From an uncultured Verrucomicrobiota bacterium (lineage in GTDB: Bacteria; Verrucomicrobiota; Verrucomicrobiia; Limisphaerales; J093): a DNA stretch of 64,000 bases. The first letter of the stretch is position 1, and each line of letters opens with the position of its first letter. The stretch lies in NCBI GenBank assembly GCA_964535555.1, contig CAZHUS010000025.1:18963-82962 (forward strand). Direction: 5' to 3'. A program made the translations under genes and the position numbers. Shown one piece after another: positions 44,089-54,039 of the stretch. Under the pieces are notes generated by a model. It worked only from the letters and a program-made list of their open reading frames with translations, was not told where the DNA came from and did no database searches.

Positions 44089-46095
44089 ATGAAGCGGACT
44101 GGGCGCGAGCGGACTGGGCGTGGGGGCGACGCTTCGAAAGCGGAGCCGGTTGCCGCGCCTGCTTCCGAGACGGCCTTGTCGCGGCGACGGCGATGGATGT
44201 TCCGGTTGCTGGCGGCAGTGGTGGCGCCGCTGGGGCTGCTGGCGGTTTTGGAGGTGGGTTTGCGACTGGCCGGGTTCGGGTTTCGCACGGCTTTCTTCGT
44301 GCCGCACCCAGCCGTCGAGCGTGGAGCCCTGGTGGAGAACCAGCGGTTTCCTCGGCGGTTCTTTCCGCCGACGCTGGCCCGCTTCCCGGAGCCGGTTTTG
44401 ATCCAGCCGCGGAAAACACCGGGGACGGTGCGGATCTTCGTGTTCGGGGAGTCGGCAGCGATGGGCGATCCCGCGCCGGCGTTCAGCTTCCCGCGGATTC
44501 TCGAGGTGTTGCTGCGGGATCGCTACCCCGGGACGCGGTTCGAGGTCGTGAACCTGGCGTTCACGGCGATCAACTCCCATGTGATCCTTCCGATGGCGCG
44601 GGACTGTCGCGCATTGGAGGCCGATGCGTGGCTCGTTTACATGGGAAACAACGAGGTGATCGGGCCGTTCGGCACCGGGACCGTCTTCAACCGGCAATCG
44701 CCGCCGCTGGCCGTGATCCGGGCCGGCCTCGCCTTTCGATCCACCCGGGTGGGTCAATTGTGTGGCGTCCTGCTGAGGGCTGTCGGCGGGGCACGGGCAC
44801 CAACCAACGGCTGGGCCGGGATGGACATGTTCCTCGAGCAGCAGGTCCGGGCCGAAGACCCGCGTCTGGACCGGTTGGCGGGGCACTTCCGGCGCAACCT
44901 TGGGGATTTGATCGACATGGGACGTGGGGCAGGCGCGCAAGTGATGGTGAGCACGATGGCATCGCGCGTTCGAGACTGGCCCCCCTTCGGATCGATGCAC
45001 CGGCCCGGGCTGAACGAAACGGAGCAGGCCCGCTGGAGGGACCTCTTCGACGCGGGCATTGCTGCCGAAGCGGCCGGCGACAGCCGGGCGGCGCTCACGC
45101 ACTACGAGGCGGCGGCTGCAATTGACGCCGAGTACGCGGAACTCCACTACCGTTGGGGACGCTGCTGTCTTGCGCTGGGTTTCGAGGCGGACGCGGTTTC
45201 CCATCTCACGAAGGCGCGCGATCTGGATACGCTCCGGTTTCGGACCGACACGCGTCTGAACGCCGCCATTCGGAGCACGGTGTCAGAACGACAGCGACCG
45301 CAGGTTCGCCTGCTCGATGCCGAGGAGCGGTTTGCGGCGGCGAGTCCCGCGAGGCTGCCGGGGGCAGAGTGGTTTCACGAGCATGTCCATTTCACGTTTG
45401 CCGGGAACTACCTGCTGGCCCGGATGTTTGCCGAGGAGGTTGCCGCCGCCTTGTCCGCTCGCCTCGGAACGCCGCGAACACCCGGAGACGAGTGGTTGTC
45501 CGAGGCGGAGTGCGCCGAGCAGCTTGGCTATACGCAGAACCAGGCGTACGAGGTGGGCATCCTGCTGCGGCGCCGCTTTGGGGAGGCCATCTACCGGTCT
45601 CAGGTGGGCTATGCGGAACGCTACGAGGCGTTGCAGCAGCGGCTCGCCGACTTGCGGCAGCAAACGAAACCTACCGCCCGGCGACAGGCGCTCCAGATCT
45701 GTCGGGCCGCGACGGAGCGGGCTCCGGGAGACTGGGTGTTGCACGACCTCACGGCCCGGCTCCTTGTTGCTCTGGGTGACGGCGAAGGCGCCGTCGCGTC
45801 GTGGCGTCGGGTGACAGAGCTTATCCCGCATTCGCCCGTCGCCTACACGGAATGGGGGAAGCTCGTGCTCGCGCGGGGAGGTATTGACGAGGCACGGTTG
45901 CTCTTTGAGAAAGCCATCGCCGTGAACCCGGACTCCGCTCCCGCACATGCAGCCCTGGGCTCGGCGCTTGCGCGCGAGGGCAAGACCGAGGCGGCGCGGC
46001 GCCAGTTTCAGCGCGCGCTTCGACTCGACCCGGCTTGTGAAGACGCGGTCACGGGCATGGCGGCATTGACGGGCGGGGCGGTCCCCCCGCGTTAA
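44089..46095 (+). CDS. Membrane-anchored SGNH/GDSL-hydrolase-like domain + TPR repeat protein
   Basis: N-terminal TM helix WMFRLLAAVVAPLGLLAVL. IFVFGESAAMG is a block-I-like G-(D/E)-S motif. The C-terminal half holds multiple TPR units (HYRWGRCCLALGFEADAVSHLTKA, PAHAALGSALAREGKTEAARRQFQRALRLDP). Start uncertain (44053 or 44089). Confidence 0.65.
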   Translation: MKRTGRERTGRGGDASKAEPVAAPASETALSRRRRWMFRLLAAVVAPLGLLAVLEVGLRLAGFGFRTAFFVPHPAVERGALVENQRFPRRFFPPTLARFPEPVLIQPRKTPGTVRIFVFGESAAMGDPAPAFSFPRILEVLLRDRYPGTRFEVVNLAFTAINSHVILPMARDCRALEADAWLVYMGNNEVIGPFGTGTVFNRQSPPLAVIRAGLAFRSTRVGQLCGVLLRAVGGARAPTNGWAGMDMFLEQQVRAEDPRLDRLAGHFRRNLGDLIDMGRGAGAQVMVSTMASRVRDWPPFGSMHRPGLNETEQARWRDLFDAGIAAEAAGDSRAALTHYEAAAAIDAEYAELHYRWGRCCLALGFEADAVSHLTKARDLDTLRFRTDTRLNAAIRSTVSERQRPQVRLLDAEERFAAASPARLPGAEWFHEHVHFTFAGNYLLARMFAEEVAAALSARLGTPRTPGDEWLSEAECAEQLGYTQNQAYEVGILLRRRFGEAIYRSQVGYAERYEALQQRLADLRQQTKPTARRQALQICRAATERAPGDWVLHDLTARLLVALGDGEGAVASWRRVTELIPHSPVAYTEWGKLVLARGGIDEARLLFEKAIAVNPDSAPAHAALGSALAREGKTEAARRQFQRALRLDPACEDAVTGMAALTGGAVPPR

Positions 46096-46265
46096 AAGCT
46101 GGCCAGGTCCAGTCTGCGGAGCAGGACCGCGACCGCTTGCACCCGCGGCCGCCGGGGACCGACCGCCGTCCGTCCGGCCTGGGGATGCACAACCCCGCTC
46201 GCCCGGCATTTCGACAGGCTTGCGCCGGCCAGAGGCGATTCCCATGATCGCGGCGTTTACCGGTC

Positions 46266-48164
46266 ATGGCCCGAGCGCCCGCATCCCATGCTCACGAGCC
46301 GTCGCTCCGAAAGGCGACGCGCCTTCCTGGCTCGTCGGAAGGCGAGTGGCTTCCGCGCGAGCCGACGGGCGGGACAGTCGCCGTTTCGCCGGATCCGTCG
46401 TGGAGACTCGATCTGCCTTGGCTGGGACTGGCAGTCGGGCTTTGCACGCTCCACTTCTGGTTCCTGACGGTGCCGAGCCTGTCATACCATCAGCTGGCTC
46501 CCGCGTTCTTTACGGACAGCCCGTTCTTCGCGCGGTTCGTGAGAGTGCCGGGCGGGTTGCTTTCGTACGGAGCGGCGGCCGTAGCCCAACTGAACTTCCG
46601 GGACGGGTTGGGGGCGCTTGCCTTGGGTGTGCTCCTGGCAGGGCTGTGCCTTTCAACGTGGCGCCTTCTGCTCCGCGTGCGGGCCGTGAACCCAGGCCTC
46701 GGCGCCTTCGCGGTCGCGGTTTCAATGGGGATGCTCCCCGGACGCTACGTCGCCGGCGCCGAGCTTACGGCGCTGGGCCTGCTGGTAACGAGTCTGGCGG
46801 CGAACGCATGGGATGTGAGTGCAAGTCGATTCAAGCCGCTCCGCTACGGGGCGCAGTGGCTGTTCGCCTCGCTGGTGTTCTACGTGTCCGGGGCCGCCGG
46901 GATGGTCGGGTTTTGTGTTCTCGCCTTGCTTGTTGACCTCGGCACCGGCGAGCCATGGCGGCGCGCGCTGGTTTGGGCCACCACGCCCCTCTTGTTGGTG
47001 GCGTGGAGATCCTGGCACCCGGGATGGTCATTCGTGGCGCCGTTCGGGAACACCGCCGGCGATGGCGTGAGCCTGGGTCTGACGCTGACCGGCTGGCTCG
47101 TGACCCCGATGTGGATCGTGGGTTCGTGGCTGGTGAACTGGCGCCGCTTTCGGATGCCCCGGCCAGGGCGGAAGACGTGGTTGATGGCCTCCGGCCTGGC
47201 TGGCCTGTTGTTGTGGACGAGTCTTGACCCGGAACGAAAGGGGGCGGCCCAGGTGGCTCTCTTCGCTTCCCGCGGCCAATGGGAGCGGGCGCTGGAGGCC
47301 GCCAGGCAGGTGGATGACCCTTCCCCCGGCACCCGGCTGCACGCCGCCCGGGCCCTGTTCCGGAGCGGCCGTCTGCTGGACGACCTCTTCTCGTTGCCCC
47401 AACGACGGGGACGCGGGTTACTGCCAGGATACGAGGCCGGCCTGGAGATGAGCTTTCCCCTGGCGCTGACGTTGTTGGACCTTGGACAGGTGAACCTGGC
47501 GGAGCATATGGCGCACGAGGCCTTCGAATTGCAGGGGCCTCGCCCGGAGATGCTGCAGTTGCTCGCGAAGGTGAACTTCCTGCTGGGGCGGCCCGAGGCG
47601 GCGCGGGTCTTTCTGAATCGCCTGCGGTTGGCACCACTACGTCGGGTTGAGGCAGATGCCGCCTTGCGACACCTGGAGGCGCTCCAACGCGGGGTGAAGG
47701 ATGAGTCGCTGGAGGCCATTCGCGCCCAAATGCCTCGCACCGACGAGGCCCAGGTCCAGCTTCCCGCCGAATTGCTCCTGCAGCAACTGGTTGAAGCCAA
47801 CCCGGCGAACCGCATGGCCGTCGAATACCAGCTCGCGGACGCCCTCCTGGAACGCGACCCGCAGAGTCTGGCCGGCCGGTCTGCCTTGCTGACACGATTG
47901 ATCACGACTCCCGGCCGCCACTGCGAGGAGGCCCGGCTTGCCATCCAGGCCCTCTGGAAGCCGGAGGCGGGTCCCGGGCCGGGTGAAACGGTGGGGAATG
48001 CCACGCGTGAGCGCTACCGGGCCTTCCTCTCGGCGCGCGAGCAACTGGACCGGCAAGGAAACCGGGATCATGCCGCGCTCGCCGCGGAGTTCGGGGACAC
48101 GTACTGGTATTACTTGCTCACGGGCCGGAGCGATCGCCGGGCCTCACGAGCGCCGCCTCTCTGA
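46266..48164 (+). CDS. Polytopic membrane protein with C-terminal helical-repeat domain (DUF6057-like guess)
   Basis: About 330 aa of TM helices followed by a ~300-aa soluble alpha-helical region. The stop lies 1 nt before the next gene start. Start uncertain. Confidence 0.55.
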   Translation: MARAPASHAHEPSLRKATRLPGSSEGEWLPREPTGGTVAVSPDPSWRLDLPWLGLAVGLCTLHFWFLTVPSLSYHQLAPAFFTDSPFFARFVRVPGGLLSYGAAAVAQLNFRDGLGALALGVLLAGLCLSTWRLLLRVRAVNPGLGAFAVAVSMGMLPGRYVAGAELTALGLLVTSLAANAWDVSASRFKPLRYGAQWLFASLVFYVSGAAGMVGFCVLALLVDLGTGEPWRRALVWATTPLLLVAWRSWHPGWSFVAPFGNTAGDGVSLGLTLTGWLVTPMWIVGSWLVNWRRFRMPRPGRKTWLMASGLAGLLLWTSLDPERKGAAQVALFASRGQWERALEAARQVDDPSPGTRLHAARALFRSGRLLDDLFSLPQRRGRGLLPGYEAGLEMSFPLALTLLDLGQVNLAEHMAHEAFELQGPRPEMLQLLAKVNFLLGRPEAARVFLNRLRLAPLRRVEADAALRHLEALQRGVKDESLEAIRAQMPRTDEAQVQLPAELLLQQLVEANPANRMAVEYQLADALLERDPQSLAGRSALLTRLITTPGRHCEEARLAIQALWKPEAGPGPGETVGNATRERYRAFLSAREQLDRQGNRDHAALAAEFGDTYWYYLLTGRSDRRASRAPPL

Positions 48165-48165
48165 T

Positions 48166-49671
48166 ATGAAAACCGGGGGAATTGGGTGGGCGGTGATGCT
48201 TGGAACCGCGTGGATGTCGGTCCTGGGGGCCGATGTGCTTGCGGCGACGAACTCTCCGGCCTCATCCCTGCGCATCCGACCGGATTATCGAGGTGTCACG
48301 TTGCCCCCGAACATCGCCCCGTTGAATTTCGTGATTGAAGAGCCGGGGCTCCGACACCGGGTGAGCATCTCGGGCGCGGGCAGCGAAGGCATCGAGCTCG
48401 AGGTCGGCGCATCCGGTGTGGTGCGGATACCACCCCGTCGTTGGCGAGCCTTGCTGGAGGCAAGTCGCGGAGAGGATCTGCGAGTGACGATCTCCCGTGA
48501 GACCTCGGCTGGTTTGTGGCAGCAGGCGTCGACGATCACCAATCATGTCGCGCGTGAGCCGTTGGACAGCACCCTCGTGTACCGGTTTCTCAAGCCGCTC
48601 TTCAACTTCTACTCCGACCTGGGCATCTACCAACGGGACCTGGAGTCCTTTCGGGTCGCGCCCCTCCTGGAGAGTCGCGACCTGGGAACGGGATGCCTGA
48701 ATTGCCATACCTTTCTCAATCATGATCCGCAGACGTTCGCGTTGCATGTCCGGGGCCAGCCAGGCAAAGCCCAGCCGATGCTGCTCGTGGGCTCGAACGC
48801 GGTCACGCGCGTCGACAAGACGGCCGGGTACATCTCGTGGCATCCGAGCGGCCGGTTGCTCGCCTTCTCCGCCAACCAGCTTTCGCTCTTCTTCCACACT
48901 CAGGGCGAGACCCGCGATGTTTTTGATGCCGAGTCGAACCTGGGTGTGTATTGGGTGAGTTCGAACCGCGTGGCCATGCCGCCGGTGATTTCGAAGCCTG
49001 AACAGCTGGAAACGTGGCCCCAGTGGGCGCCGGACGGCCGGCATCTTTATTTCTGCAGTGCGCGGAAGCTGCGAAGAGAACGGTACCGCCAGGTCCGCTA
49101 TGACCTCGTTCGGGTGAGCTTCGATCTCGAGCGGAACACCTGGGGCGATCCCGAAACGATCGTGGCCGCGGCGGACGCCGGGCTCAGTGCGGCTCAGCCG
49201 CGGGTCTCGCCTGAGGGGCGTTGGTTGCTCTTCTGCATGGCGAAGTACGGTCACTTTCCCATCTACCAACCGGGCAGCGATCTTTATGTCATGGACCTCG
49301 CCACCCGGCAGCAGCGGCGGCTCGAGATCAACAGCGACCAGGCCGACACGTGGCATTGCTGGTCCAGCAACGGCCGGTGGGTGGTGTTCAGCAGCAAACG
49401 CGGCAACGGCCTCTTCGCCCGACCCCATTTCAGCTATGTGGACGAGCAGGGGAGGTTCCACACGCCGTTCGTCCTGCCGCAGGAAGACCCGACGTTCTAC
49501 GATGCCTGCGTGCAGACCTTCAACGTGCCCGAATTGGTACGGGGACCGATTACGGTGGGCCCTTCGGCCCTGGCGCGCGGCGTGTTGAAGCCCTCGAGGA
49601 TTCTGGTGCCCGAGGACGCCACTCAACACGAACACCACGAGGAACAGAACCCGGTCGCCCCGGCCCGTTGA
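48166..49671 (+). CDS. Secreted protein with a single CxxCH heme motif and TolB/PD40-like beta-propeller repeats
   Basis: ATG 48166 gives MKTGGIGWAVMLGTAWMSVLGADVLAA. Heme motif CLNCH. PD40-like repeats ISWHPSGRLLAFS, PQWAPDGRHLYF, PRVSPEGRWLLF and WSSNGRWVVFSS. Confidence 0.7.
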   Translation: MKTGGIGWAVMLGTAWMSVLGADVLAATNSPASSLRIRPDYRGVTLPPNIAPLNFVIEEPGLRHRVSISGAGSEGIELEVGASGVVRIPPRRWRALLEASRGEDLRVTISRETSAGLWQQASTITNHVAREPLDSTLVYRFLKPLFNFYSDLGIYQRDLESFRVAPLLESRDLGTGCLNCHTFLNHDPQTFALHVRGQPGKAQPMLLVGSNAVTRVDKTAGYISWHPSGRLLAFSANQLSLFFHTQGETRDVFDAESNLGVYWVSSNRVAMPPVISKPEQLETWPQWAPDGRHLYFCSARKLRRERYRQVRYDLVRVSFDLERNTWGDPETIVAAADAGLSAAQPRVSPEGRWLLFCMAKYGHFPIYQPGSDLYVMDLATRQQRRLEINSDQADTWHCWSSNGRWVVFSSKRGNGLFARPHFSYVDEQGRFHTPFVLPQEDPTFYDACVQTFNVPELVRGPITVGPSALARGVLKPSRILVPEDATQHEHHEEQNPVAPAR

Positions 49672-49680
49672 TCGGACCCG

Positions 49681-50598
49681 CTAGGGGTTCGGTTCGCCGG
49701 GCGGTTGCGGGCTCTTGCCTTGCAGGGCATCCACGGCGGGCTGGAAGTCGGGCTTGAGCCGCAGGACTTCGCGATACTCCGACGCAGCCTCGTTGGTGCG
49801 ACCCTGCCGGACGTAGATGTTCCCGAGGTTGAACCGGGCTTCCCAGTAGTTCGTATTCAACCGGACGGCGTGGGCGAAGTTTGTGGCGGCCTCGTCGATG
49901 TGGCCGGTGAGCAGTTGGGCGTTGGCGAGGTTGTTGTAGGCCGAGGCATAGTCGGGAATGGCCTTGATCGCCGCCTGGAAATGCCGGATGGCGTCCTCCG
50001 GTTGACCCTGGCGCAGCTTCAGATTGCCCAGGTTGTTGTGGACTTCGGCGTAGTCGGGAAAGAGCGCGAGGGCCGCCTCATACTCCTTGACGGCCTCGGC
50101 TGTCTTGCCGAGGCGGGCGAGCGCGATGCCCAGGTTGTAGTGAACATCCTCATCCGCGGGGAGGAGTTGCTCCGCCTGACGATACTTCTCCACCGCCAGG
50201 TCCGCCTTTCCTTCCTCGAGCAGGCGGTTGCCTTCCTGTAGCAGCGCCGCTCCCCGATCCGCATCACCGACGGCCCCACGGGCGCCGTTCGGGCCCGGCG
50301 CGGGCGGCAGGGTGGCGGGACGGTTCGTCGCGGGGAGTTCAGGTCCGGGTCTCTGACGGCCGTTCCGTGAGGAATAGAACAGCGCTGCCAACACCAGGAC
50401 GGCCACGACGGCGAGCGCCACGTGCTTGGGATGCAGCATGGCACGGATCGAGCGGGCGGGGGAAGGTGATGCGCCCGTCTTCGCGGACTTTCCCGCGGCA
50501 GGGCGGGGGGTCCTGGGCGCCGCGCTTTTTGGATCCGGCTTCACCGCTGTGACCATAGCGGCATTGGCGCCCGACGGAAACAGGATTTCCGGTTCCAT
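49681..50598 (-). CDS. Membrane-anchored TPR repeat protein
   Basis: TM helix HVALAVVAVLVLAALFY followed by about 6 canonical TPR units (VHYNLGIALARLGKTAEAVKEYEAALALFPDYAEVHNNLGNL...). The start could be 50598 or the internal ATG at 50439. Confidence 0.75.
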   Translation of the reverse strand: MEPEILFPSGANAAMVTAVKPDPKSAAPRTPRPAAGKSAKTGASPSPARSIRAMLHPKHVALAVVAVLVLAALFYSSRNGRQRPGPELPATNRPATLPPAPGPNGARGAVGDADRGAALLQEGNRLLEEGKADLAVEKYRQAEQLLPADEDVHYNLGIALARLGKTAEAVKEYEAALALFPDYAEVHNNLGNLKLRQGQPEDAIRHFQAAIKAIPDYASAYNNLANAQLLTGHIDEAATNFAHAVRLNTNYWEARFNLGNIYVRQGRTNEAASEYREVLRLKPDFQPAVDALQGKSPQPPGEPNP

Positions 50599-50640
50599 GC
50601 TCGCTCCCCGCCGTTGGCCGTGCCAGAATGGGCGCGGGCT

Positions 50641-52017
50641 ATGGATTCCAAGCCAGCGCTGCTGATTGTCGATGACGAGCGGCCGACCCGGGAGGGGTTG
50701 CGGGCCGCGCTTGAGGACCGCTTTGACGTCTACGTGGCCGAAGATGCCGCGTCGGCGGCGGCGCTGCTCGAGAAGGAGCCGTTTGACGTGGTCCTTACGG
50801 ATTTCCGGCTGCCGCGCGAGGACGGCATGCACCTGATCGCCCGCGCAAAATCGCTCTCGAAGCCGCCGATCTGCATCTTGATGACGGCGTACGGCTCGGA
50901 GGAGCTGGCGGTGGAGGCGATGAAGCGCGGCGCGGACGACTACATTGCCAAGGGGCGCCTGCAGATCGACGAACTGGAGATGCGGATCGCCAAGGCCCTG
51001 CGGTCGCAAAAGCTCGAGGTGGAGAACCAGGTGCTGCGTCAGCAGCTCGAGGAGCGGTTCGGTATCGAGAACATCGTCGGGAAGTCGCCGGCGATGCTCG
51101 AGCTGTTTGATGTGGTGAAGCAGGTTGCCCCGACGCCCGCGACGGTCCTGATCCAGGGCGAGAGCGGAACCGGCAAGGAATTGATCGCCAAGGCCATTCA
51201 CCAGCTCAGCCCGCGGGCGCGCCAGCCCATGGTGACGGTGCATTGCGCCGCCCTGCCGGCCACGCTGCTGGAGACGGAGTTGTTTGGGCACGAAAAGGGG
51301 GCGTTCACGGGCGCTCACGAGCGTCGCATCGGCCGGTTCGAGCAGGCCAACGGCGGGACGTTGTTCCTGGACGAGATCGGCGAAATCGATGCCAGCACCC
51401 AGGTGAAGCTTCTCCGCGTGCTCGGGGAGCGGACTTTCGAACGGGTGGGATCCAGCAAGACGATCTCCGTCGATGTGCGCCTGGTGGCTGCCACGAACAA
51501 GAACCTCGTCGCACTCGTGCAATCAGGGCAGTTCCGGGAGGACCTGTTCTTCCGGCTGCGCGTGGTGGAAGTCTGGCTGCCCCCGTTGCGGGAGCGACCC
51601 GGTGATGTGCCCTTGCTGGCCCTGCACTTTCTGAAAACGATCGCCGCCGACTACGGCAAGCCGATCACGGATTTCACGCTGGATGCCATGCAGGCGCTGG
51701 TGGGGTATTCCTGGCCGGCCAACGTGCGGGAACTGCGGAACGCCATCGAGGGGGCGGTGGCGCTCGCCCGCGGTGACAAGGTGACGCTGCGCGACCTGCC
51801 GGCGTCGGTGCGGGGGCAGGGCGGCGGCTTGCCGACACCGGGTGCCCGGCAGGTGATCGAGCAGGGGCAGTTCACCGTCCAGGACGCGGAGAAGCAGCTG
51901 ATCATTCGCGCCTTGCAGGAAACTCGGGGCAACCGCACTCTCGCCGCGAAAAAAATCGGCATCAGCCGCCGTACGCTGCACCGAAAACTGCACGAGTATC
52001 AGCTCGAAGGTCTGTAG
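50641..52017 (+). CDS. Sigma54-dependent response regulator (NtrC family)
   Basis: Receiver LLIVDDE...VLTDFRLP. AAA+ GESGTGKELIAKAIH, GAFTGA and ESELFGHEKGAFTGA-like motifs. C-terminal Fis-type HTH RTLAAKKIGISRRTLHRKL. Confidence 0.92.
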   Translation: MDSKPALLIVDDERPTREGLRAALEDRFDVYVAEDAASAAALLEKEPFDVVLTDFRLPREDGMHLIARAKSLSKPPICILMTAYGSEELAVEAMKRGADDYIAKGRLQIDELEMRIAKALRSQKLEVENQVLRQQLEERFGIENIVGKSPAMLELFDVVKQVAPTPATVLIQGESGTGKELIAKAIHQLSPRARQPMVTVHCAALPATLLETELFGHEKGAFTGAHERRIGRFEQANGGTLFLDEIGEIDASTQVKLLRVLGERTFERVGSSKTISVDVRLVAATNKNLVALVQSGQFREDLFFRLRVVEVWLPPLRERPGDVPLLALHFLKTIAADYGKPITDFTLDAMQALVGYSWPANVRELRNAIEGAVALARGDKVTLRDLPASVRGQGGGLPTPGARQVIEQGQFTVQDAEKQLIIRALQETRGNRTLAAKKIGISRRTLHRKLHEYQLEGL

Positions 52018-52060
52018 GTGCCGGAGCACGGTTACGCACCGCGTCCGACGCGGATCAGGC

Positions 52061-53944
52061 GTGGCGCCGTGGCGGGATCACATGCGATTACCACCCATTC
52101 AGGAAACCATTCACTGGCTCGAGGTCGGGGCCGGCGCCCGCGCCTTGCGGATCATCGTGGGCACCCTCACGTTGCTGGTGGTCACCCTCTGGTTCGACTT
52201 CTTCCAGATGCGCAACTTCACCGCGCCGGACGCGATGGAGACGGCGCAACTGGCACGAGCGATCTCGCGCGGGGATGGGTTCACGACGCAGGTGGTGCGT
52301 CCGCTCACCCTGGAATGGGTGGACAACACGCAGGGGCTCCCGGCGCGATTGAACCACGCGCCGCACCCGGATCTATTCAGTCCGCCCCTGTACCCGCTGT
52401 TGTTGGCGGGCAGCATGATGTTGCTTCCTTTCGAGTTCGAGATCGAGGGGCGGTTTTGGCGGTACCAGCCGGAGATGCTGATTGCGGCGCTCAACCAGGC
52501 CATGTTTTTCCTGACCGCCTGGCTGGCGTACCGCCTGGGACGGCGGTTGATCAGCGGCGAGGCCGGGGTGTTGCTGGCGATTCTGCTCCTGGCATCCGAG
52601 TTGTTGTGGCGGTTCACGACTTCCGGGCATTCGACCGTGCTGCTGCTGTTGCTCATGGTCGGTTTGCTCTGGGTGGTGGTGCTTCTGGACGACGCGGCGC
52701 AGCGGGAACGCCGTGGCCTGAAGCGATATCTGGGTCTCGGAGCCCTGGCCGGTGTGGTGCTGGGTCTGATGGGCCTGACCCGTTACTCGACGTTGGTGCT
52801 GCTCATCCCGGTGACCCTGTACGTGGTGATGTACCTGGACCGCAAAGCGCTGCCGACTCTGGCGATGATGTGGATCGTGTGCGCGGTGCTGGTGGCGCCG
52901 TGGCTGATCCGGAATCACCAGTTGAGCGGGACGTGGTTCGGCGTCCCGGGTGTGGCGTTGTACGAGGAGACCATGCGTTTTCCCGGGAGCCGGCTCGAAC
53001 GTTCTTTTGAACCCGAGATCGCGCTGGTGGAGAACATCGATCTGCTGCGCAAGACCTCGGAAGGCGTCCGTCAGGCGATGACCGGGGACTTGCTCAAGCC
53101 GGGTGGTGGATGGTTCGGGGCTTTCTTCCTGGTGGGATTGATCGGCCAGTATGCGAATCCCACCATGAGCCGGCTGCGCGGCTTCATGTTCATCAGCCTG
53201 GCGGTCTTGACCCTGACGCAGTCGCTGTTCCGGACGCATTTGTCGACGTTTGCCCCGGTCACCAACAGCGAGAACCTGCTCGTGCTGCTTACGCCGGGCA
53301 TGTTCCTCGTGGGCGTGGGCTTCTACTACTGGCTCCTGCAGCGCCTCCAACTGCCCTTCCAGGAGTTCCGGCACGTGATCAGCTCCGTCCTGGTACTCGG
53401 AACCGCGGCTCCCTTGCTGATCGGGTTTTTGCCGCCGCGCACGATCCCGATCGTGTATCCGCCGTATTACCCGCCCCATTTGCAGGAGGTCTGCTCGTAC
53501 CTGAAACCGTCCGAGCTGCTGGTGACCGACATGCCCTGGGCGACGGCCTGGTACGGAGACCGAACCTCCGTCTGGGTTCCCTTGGACGAAAAGGACTCGT
53601 TCTTCCGGATCCATGACGATCAGAAGGCCGTCTCGGGGCTGCTGCTCACGCCGCTCACGACGGACGCGGAGTTCCGCCGGCAGATCCTGCAGAGCCGCGA
53701 TCACGCCTGGTCCCGGTTTGCGGTCGAGGTCCTGTTGCGCACGAATGTCCCGACCCGGTTTCCCCTGCGTCAGGCGTGGAGTTACGGCGCGCCAGACCAC
53801 TTGTTTCTCAGCGATCTGCCGCGTTGGGCGGAGAAGCAGGAGCCCTTCGTCACGACGCCTTCAGACACCAGGGCTCCAGGTGCCCGGTCGATTGAGCCGG
53901 AGCCCACGGAGGTTCCCAATCCGCGACCCGGGGTGCCTCGATGA
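52061..53944 (+). CDS. GT-C-fold glycosyltransferase-like polytopic membrane protein (ArnT/PMT_2-like)
   Basis: Many TM helices. The first periplasmic loop PDAMETAQLARAISRGDGF resembles the acidic-loop motif of ArnT/GT39/GT83-type enzymes. The C-terminal soluble domain is about 150 aa. Start uncertain (52061 or 52082). Confidence 0.6.
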   Translation: MAPWRDHMRLPPIQETIHWLEVGAGARALRIIVGTLTLLVVTLWFDFFQMRNFTAPDAMETAQLARAISRGDGFTTQVVRPLTLEWVDNTQGLPARLNHAPHPDLFSPPLYPLLLAGSMMLLPFEFEIEGRFWRYQPEMLIAALNQAMFFLTAWLAYRLGRRLISGEAGVLLAILLLASELLWRFTTSGHSTVLLLLLMVGLLWVVVLLDDAAQRERRGLKRYLGLGALAGVVLGLMGLTRYSTLVLLIPVTLYVVMYLDRKALPTLAMMWIVCAVLVAPWLIRNHQLSGTWFGVPGVALYEETMRFPGSRLERSFEPEIALVENIDLLRKTSEGVRQAMTGDLLKPGGGWFGAFFLVGLIGQYANPTMSRLRGFMFISLAVLTLTQSLFRTHLSTFAPVTNSENLLVLLTPGMFLVGVGFYYWLLQRLQLPFQEFRHVISSVLVLGTAAPLLIGFLPPRTIPIVYPPYYPPHLQEVCSYLKPSELLVTDMPWATAWYGDRTSVWVPLDEKDSFFRIHDDQKAVSGLLLTPLTTDAEFRRQILQSRDHAWSRFAVEVLLRTNVPTRFPLRQAWSYGAPDHLFLSDLPRWAEKQEPFVTTPSDTRAPGARSIEPEPTEVPNPRPGVPR

Positions 53945-54039
53945 TCGACCTCGTCCCAGGCTGCCTGTGGCCGCTCGAACCTCGAAGCGTCGCGGCGGGT
54001 GGTGGCGTTTCTGCAGTTCCACGTGCCCGGCGCTGGCGC

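Noticed and set aside
47938-48165. Upstream extension of the CxxCH/PD40 protein ORF overlapping the preceding gene by 227 nt
   Set aside because: The extension is R/S/G-rich and overlaps the conserved-looking C-terminus of the preceding protein. The ATG at 48166, 1 nt after that gene's stop, is followed by a clear signal peptide.
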